DNA of 21,709 nucleotides from an uncultured Deferribacteres bacterium (GTDB lineage: Bacteria; Zhuqueibacterota; Zhuqueibacteria; Zhuqueibacterales; Geothermadaptataceae). The stretch is from positions 1 to 21,709 of the forward strand of contig CAXHAT010000138.1 of assembly GCA_964014485.1 (NCBI GenBank), in the 5' to 3' direction. Position 1 is the stretch's first letter; each line of letters starts with the position of its first letter. The notes below the pieces were generated by a model that worked only from the letters and a program-made list of their open reading frames with translations, was not told where the DNA came from and did no database searches. This document shows positions 16,714 through 21,709 of the stretch, in pieces. A program made the translations under genes and the position numbers.

Positions 16714-18729
16714 ATGAAGAATCTTAAAACGACGATTGGAAACTTGACCGTATTCTTACTCAATTTCTGCCTGCTGACGGTCGTCGCTCAAGCGCAATTC
16801 AGCGAGGTCGCCAAAATCCAGGCGAGCGACAAACAAGCCTTTGACGAGTTCGGCCGGTCGGTCTCGATCAGCGGCGACCGCGCCATTGTTGGGGCGTTTG
16901 CGGAAAGCACGGGCGGTTTCTTCGCCGGGGCGGCCTATATTTTCGAGCGCACCGGCGGGGGCTGGAGCCAGGTCGCCAAAATCCAGGCGAGCGATCAACA
17001 AGCCTATGACTTTTTCGGCGGTTCGGTCTCGATCAGCGGCGACCGGGCTATTGTCGGGGCGACTGAGGAAGACACGGGCGGTCCCTCCGTCGGAGCGGCC
17101 TACATTTTCGAGCGCAGCGGCGGGGTGTGGAGCCAGGTCGCCAAAATCCAGGCGAGCGATAAACAAGCCGTTGATCGGTTCGGTAATTCGGTCTCGATCA
17201 GCGGCGACCGCGCCATTGTCGGGGTGCGGTCTGAAGATACGGGCGGCGCCAGCGCCGGAGCGGCCTACATTTTCGAGCGCAACGGCGGGGTGTGGAGCGA
17301 AGTCGCCAAAATCCAGGCGAGCGGTAAACAATCCTGCGCCAAGTTCGGCGAGTCAGTCTCGAGCAGGGGCGACCGCGCCATTGTCGGGGCGGATGGCGAA
17401 GACACGGGCGGTTCCGGCGCCGGAGCGGCCTACATTTTTGAGCGCAGCGGCGGGGTCTGGAGCGAAGTCTCCAAAATCCAGGCGAGCGATAAACAATCCG
17501 GCGACAATTTCGGCCAGTCGGTCTCGATCAACGGCGACCGCGCCATTGCCGGGGCGGATGGGGAAGACACGGGCGGTTCCAGCGCCGGGGCGGCTTACAT
17601 TTTCGAGCGCAGCGGCGGGGTTTGGAGTGAAGTCGCCAAAATTCAGGCCAGCGATAAACAAGCTGTTGACCTGTTCGGCACTTCGGTCGCGATCGACGTC
17701 GACCGAGCCATTGTCGGGGCGACTCGGGAAGACACGGGCGGTTCCGACGCCGGAGCGGCTTACATTTTCGAGCGCAGCGGCGGAGTTTGGAGCGAAGTCG
17801 CCAAAGTCCAGGCGAGCGATAAACAAGCCAGTGACCAATTTGGCAATTCGGTCTCGATTAGCGGCGACCACGCCATTGTCGGGGCGCGTTTGGAAGACAC
17901 GGGCGGTTCCGATGCCGGCGCCGCTTACACTTTTGAAGCGCTAGACAATCCAATCGTCATCGCTTGCGCCGAAATTCAGGCGCTTCTCGACGATCCGATG
18001 ACTGAGCCGGACGCTCTGAGCGCCTTGCAAGACGCGAAAGACGCTTTGAATGACGCGCAAACAGCAATGGATAACGATAAAATTGAAGACATGCTCAATT
18101 TCCTTCGCGACGCCGCCGACGCTTTGGAAGAAGCGCGCGAAGACAATGTTTTTACCGACGATATCGCCGCGATTTTAGCCGACTTTGCGCGCGACACGGC
18201 AACGGCCAAAAAGGACGAGGCCTTGGCGTGCGATCCTAGTCCGACCGGCAAGATGGCCGACGATATTGACGACGGCGACAATGATCTTGCCGACGGCGAT
18301 GCGGAAGTCGGCGATACCTATTTCGGAGACGGAATCAAGGACTATCGCAAAGCTTGGGAAGACTATTGCAGCGCATTGGATCGCTGCCAGAATCCGAAGA
18401 CTGTAAGCAGTGATCAGTCTTCAGTTTACAGTTCACAGTTTACGCCGATAGCCTTTGCTTTGCATCAAAACTATCCGAACCCCTTTAATCCGACTACGAC
18501 AATTCAGTTTGATCTGATCGAGGCGGGGAATGTTTCGCTGAACATCTACAACAGCGCCGGGCAGCTTGTTCGCACGCTGGTTTCCGGCGATTTCGTCCCC
18601 GGCGCGCACAAAGTGGTCTGGGATGCACGTGATAATTCCGGTCAACGCGTGGCGAGCGGGCTTTATCTATACATGATCAAAGTCGGGCAACAGTTTACTG
18701 CGCAGAAGAAGCTCTTGCTCATGAAGTAA
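16714..18729 (+). CDS. Secreted 7-bladed FG-GAP repeat beta-propeller protein with acidic helical domain and CTD (P5, paralogue of P2)
   Basis: GGAGA lies before ATG 16714. The signal peptide ends in AQA-Q. Seven 55-aa FG-GAP repeats are followed by the shared cassette. Confidence 0.9.
   Translation: MKNLKTTIGNLTVFLLNFCLLTVVAQAQFSEVAKIQASDKQAFDEFGRSVSISGDRAIVGAFAESTGGFFAGAAYIFERTGGGWSQVAKIQASDQQAYDFFGGSVSISGDRAIVGATEEDTGGPSVGAAYIFERSGGVWSQVAKIQASDKQAVDRFGNSVSISGDRAIVGVRSEDTGGASAGAAYIFERNGGVWSEVAKIQASGKQSCAKFGESVSSRGDRAIVGADGEDTGGSGAGAAYIFERSGGVWSEVSKIQASDKQSGDNFGQSVSINGDRAIAGADGEDTGGSSAGAAYIFERSGGVWSEVAKIQASDKQAVDLFGTSVAIDVDRAIVGATREDTGGSDAGAAYIFERSGGVWSEVAKVQASDKQASDQFGNSVSISGDHAIVGARLEDTGGSDAGAAYTFEALDNPIVIACAEIQALLDDPMTEPDALSALQDAKDALNDAQTAMDNDKIEDMLNFLRDAADALEEAREDNVFTDDIAAILADFARDTATAKKDEALACDPSPTGKMADDIDDGDNDLADGDAEVGDTYFGDGIKDYRKAWEDYCSALDRCQNPKTVSSDQSSVYSSQFTPIAFALHQNYPNPFNPTTTIQFDLIEAGNVSLNIYNSAGQLVRTLVSGDFVPGAHKVVWDARDNSGQRVASGLYLYMIKVGQQFTAQKKLLLMK
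16798..17937 (+). repeat. Seven tandem 165-bp coding repeats (FG-GAP blades)
   Basis: Same repeat unit as 1475-2614. Confidence 0.9.
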
Positions 18730-18753
18730 AATCGACTTGGCAATGCAGCGGAG

Positions 18754-18781
18754 GTGCGGCGCACTTTGGGATGCGCCGCAC
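18754..18781. repeat. REP-like palindrome, copy 2
   Basis: GTGCGGCGCA-CTTTGGGA-TGCGCCGCAC, a perfect 10-bp stem just downstream of P5. Confidence 0.55.
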
Positions 18782-18879
18782 ACACACAATCCGCGCTGTC
18801 TCCGATCTGAAAATATTGGCCTTGTTCGCATGGCGGTTGTATATTGAGCCGACTTAATGACAATGTTTTGAGGAAGCTC

Positions 18880-21664
18880 ATGACGCCGTTGTTTCTCACG
18901 GTTCCGCCTGAATGTCCATATCCCGGCGGCGCGGCATGCCGGATTGCAATCAGCCTGGTTTTCAAGACAGCTTTGCTTAAAACCGCCGTTCCGGTTTTTC
19001 TGCTCACATTCTGCTTGAGGTCGCCTCTCTACGCGCAAACCGCCGAGTTGAAATTCGACCGCATTTCCGGCGAGTTGGGGCTGTCGCAGAACCTCATCAC
19101 CTGCCTGATGCAGGATCGTCAGGGTTTTCTCTGGGTTGGCACGAAGGACGGCTTGAACCGCTTCGACGGTTACCAATTCACCGTCTACCAACACGACGCC
19201 TACGACTCGACTTCGCTCTCGCACAATTTTGTCACGACGCTGCTGGAAGATCGCGAGGGCCGCCTCTGGGTCAGCACGCGGAACGGGCTGAATCTGTTTG
19301 ACCGCGACAGGGAAGTCTTTCACCGCAGCCTACCGGATTCCGCCAATCCGAACAGCGTGAGCCACGCTTTCGTTCGCCGTATCGTGGAAAATTCTCGCGA
19401 ATCCCGCGGCGGAGAGATTTGGGTCGCTACCGGCGGCGGGTTGAACAAAATCGTTCTCCCCGCTGGAGCCAGAAGTTTTGCCGAGGCAAGCTACACGCAT
19501 TTTCGCCGCGATCCCAATAACCCAAACGGTCCGGGGAGCGACAATTTTTCCCAGCTTGCGGTGGATGGTCAGGGCGTGGTGTGGGCCGCGACCAGGCGCG
19601 ATATTTACAAGCTTGCCCCGTTGGATGGCGGTTATGCCGATCCTGCGGGGCTTGTCCAGTCGACGGGGCAAAACGCATATCAGGTGAGCCGATTCGATAT
19701 CGACCCGCCTGACCCGGAATGGAAAAAATTGCTGGAAGACGAAAGCAATCTCGATCTCTACTTGTTGTACCCGTCGCGCGACGGCGGGATTTGGATTTGG
19801 GCCGGCGCCGGATTGATTCGCCGGGAAAGCGAAACCGGCGAGCTCCGATACTTCAATTTGCTTCACGAACGCCCGCCGGATTTTTCCTGGACGCTGTACG
19901 AAGATCGCGCCGGCGTTGTATGGATCGGCTTTGAAGGCGGCCTCGGGCGTTTCGATCCGGGCACGGACCACTACGCTTTTTACGGCCATGAATCCGGCAG
20001 CCCTCACAGCCTTCCCCAGTCCGGCGTCAATGCGATTCTCGAAGATGCGGGCGGCGTGCTGTGGCTGGGTTCAAACGGCAACGGCTTGTTTCGCCATGAT
20101 CCCAAAGCCGAACGCTTTGCCCAATATTTCACGCCGCCGGACGCAGCCGGGAAGGGCAAAATTTCATTGTGGCGGGGAAATAGCCTGCGGGCGATTTGCG
20201 AGACGAGCGACGGCGCCCTGTGGTTGGGTACGGCGGACAGAAAGTTCTTTCGTTTGGATCGTACGACCGGCGCTATCAGTCAACCGCCCCCGGCGGAGTG
20301 GCGCGTCGTTTATTCCATGCTGCAAGACAAGTCGGGAGCGCTTTGGATCGGCAGCTCGATGGGATTGTTTCGCATGGAATGGCAGGACGGCGCCTCCGGT
20401 CAAATCGATTATTTCGAGCCCGAACCCGAAGATCCGAAAGGCGTCGGAACGGATTGGGTCTATAAAGTCTTCGAAGACCGCGACGGTGAAATCTGGATCG
20501 CGACGCACGAAAAATTCAGTCGGCTGGATCGTAAGACCGGCAAGTTTGTGAGCTACCGTTATGTTGCACCCGATCCGGGCGCGGAACAGGAATCCGCATT
20601 TACTTTCATCCATCAGGATCGCGGCGGCGCGTTTTGGCTGGGAACCGCGGACGGGCTGCTGCGCTTCGATCACAGGACGGGTTCATTCAAACGCTGCCGC
20701 AACGACCCGCAAGACCGCGCCAGCCTGAGCCACAACGTGGTGCGGACAATTTGTGAAGACCCGCTTGAACCAGAAAAAATCCTCTGGCTGGGCACAGCCG
20801 GGGGCGGCCTGAATCGCTTTGACATGACGACTGAAAAGTTCACCCATTTTACCGTAGATGACGGCTTGCCGGATATGGTGATTTATGCAATTCTCAGTGA
20901 CAACGATAACAATTTGTGGATGAGTACCAATCACGGTCTATCGCGATTCAACCCGCGTACCAACACCTTCAAGAATTTCGACGTCAACGACGGCTTGCAG
21001 GACAATGAGTTCAATTCCGGCTCGTATTTCAAGAGTCCGAGCGGAGAGTTGTTTTTCGGCGGCATCAATGGCTTCAACGCTTTTTATCCCGAAGACATTC
21101 GCGGCAACCCGCACGCGCCGCCGATTGCGCTCACCGGTTTCCAGATTTTTAACAAGCCCGTTGCAATCGGCGGAGATTCGCCGCTCACGGCGTCGATCTC
21201 GCAGACCACCGCGCTCACGCTGCGCCACGATCAAAAGGTTTTTTCCTTCGAGTTCGCCGCGCTGGATTATACCGATCCGGCCAAAAATCGATACGCCTAC
21301 AAAATGGAAAATTTTGATCCAGACTGGCAGCAGGCGGGCACAAGCCGCTCCGCAACCTACACCAATCTCGATCCCGGCGAATACGTTTTCCGCGTTAAAG
21401 GGGCGAATAACGACGGCGTCTGGAATGAAGAAGGCGCTTCACTCAACATAACCATCCTGCCGCCGTGGTGGCGGACATGGTGGGCGTATTCGTTTTATGT
21501 GTTGTTCTCGCTTACCGCACTTTACGTTCTCCGGCGTTTCGAACAAAACCGCACCCGGCTCAAAAACCGGGCGCGGATGGAGCGCATTGAAGCCGAGAAG
21601 CTGCGCGAGCTGGACTCGATGAAGTCGCGCTTTTTCGCCAACATCTCCCACGAGTTCCGCACGC
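18880..21664 (+). CDS. Hybrid two-component system sensor (Reg_prop beta-propellers + Y_Y_Y + TM + HisKA), 3'-truncated; absent from the ORF track
   Basis: Manual translation from the ATG after AGGAAG gives ..LYAQTAELKFDRIS..GLSQNLITCLMQDRQGFLWVGTKDGLNRFDGY.., YAYKMENFDPDW..ATYTNLDPGEYVFRVKG, TM PPWWRTWWAYSFYVLF and H-box KSRFFANISHEFRTP at the contig end. Confidence 0.9.
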
Positions 21665-21709
21665 CTGTCTCTTATACACATCTGACGCTGCCGACGAGCT
21701 TCTTGGTGT
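21665..21709 (+). other. Illumina Nextera adapter read-through (artefact)
   Basis: Tn5 mosaic end CTGTCTCTTATACACATCT + GACGCTGCCGACGA + 8-nt index GCTTCTTG + GTGT. Confidence 0.97.

Noticed and set aside
1475..17937. Diversity-generating retroelement acting on the FG-GAP repeats
   Set aside because: No reverse transcriptase or non-coding template repeat is in the window, and many adenines in the repeats are invariant.
16756..17944. Long alternative-frame and antisense ORFs (for example 16841-17944 +, 8662-9624 -, 219-1022 -, 18667-20007 -)
   Set aside because: They are shadows of GC-rich, repetitive real genes and show no independent domain signal.
21665..21709. Tn5/IS50 mosaic end suggesting a transposon insertion into the sensor gene
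   Set aside because: It is followed by the Nextera adapter sequence and an index, so it is library read-through.

Overview
Metagenomic-type contig of roughly 55% GC, probably from an FCB-group bacterium such as KSB1 or Calditrichota. This is inferred from the NYPNPFNP...WDARDDSG C-terminal domains and from Gln at +1 after the predicted signal peptides. The window holds two similar blocks of secreted-protein genes: five paralogues with different N-terminal domains (Ig/PKD repeats, 7-bladed FG-GAP propellers, a beta-helix). All five end in the same cassette of about 260 aa: an acidic, Cys-containing helical domain I do not recognise, a linker that in four of the five is built from heptamer repeats, and a FlgD-Ig/T9SS-type C-terminal domain. 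Each block is followed by a beta-propeller/Y_Y_Y membrane sensor kinase. The first sensor ends in a class III nucleotidyl cyclase instead of AraC. It is followed 6 nt later by a soluble cNMP-binding/HK/REC/AraC protein, which suggests a hybrid two-component system split in two and joined by a cyclic-nucleotide relay. Both the cyclase specificity residues and the cNMP pocket are non-canonical. A 20-21 bp-period direct-repeat array (candidate AraC/HTCS operator) lies upstream of the second block, and a PemK/MazF toxin-antitoxin pair sits between the blocks. Both contig ends are artefactual: degraded bases at the 5' end and a Nextera adapter at the 3' end.
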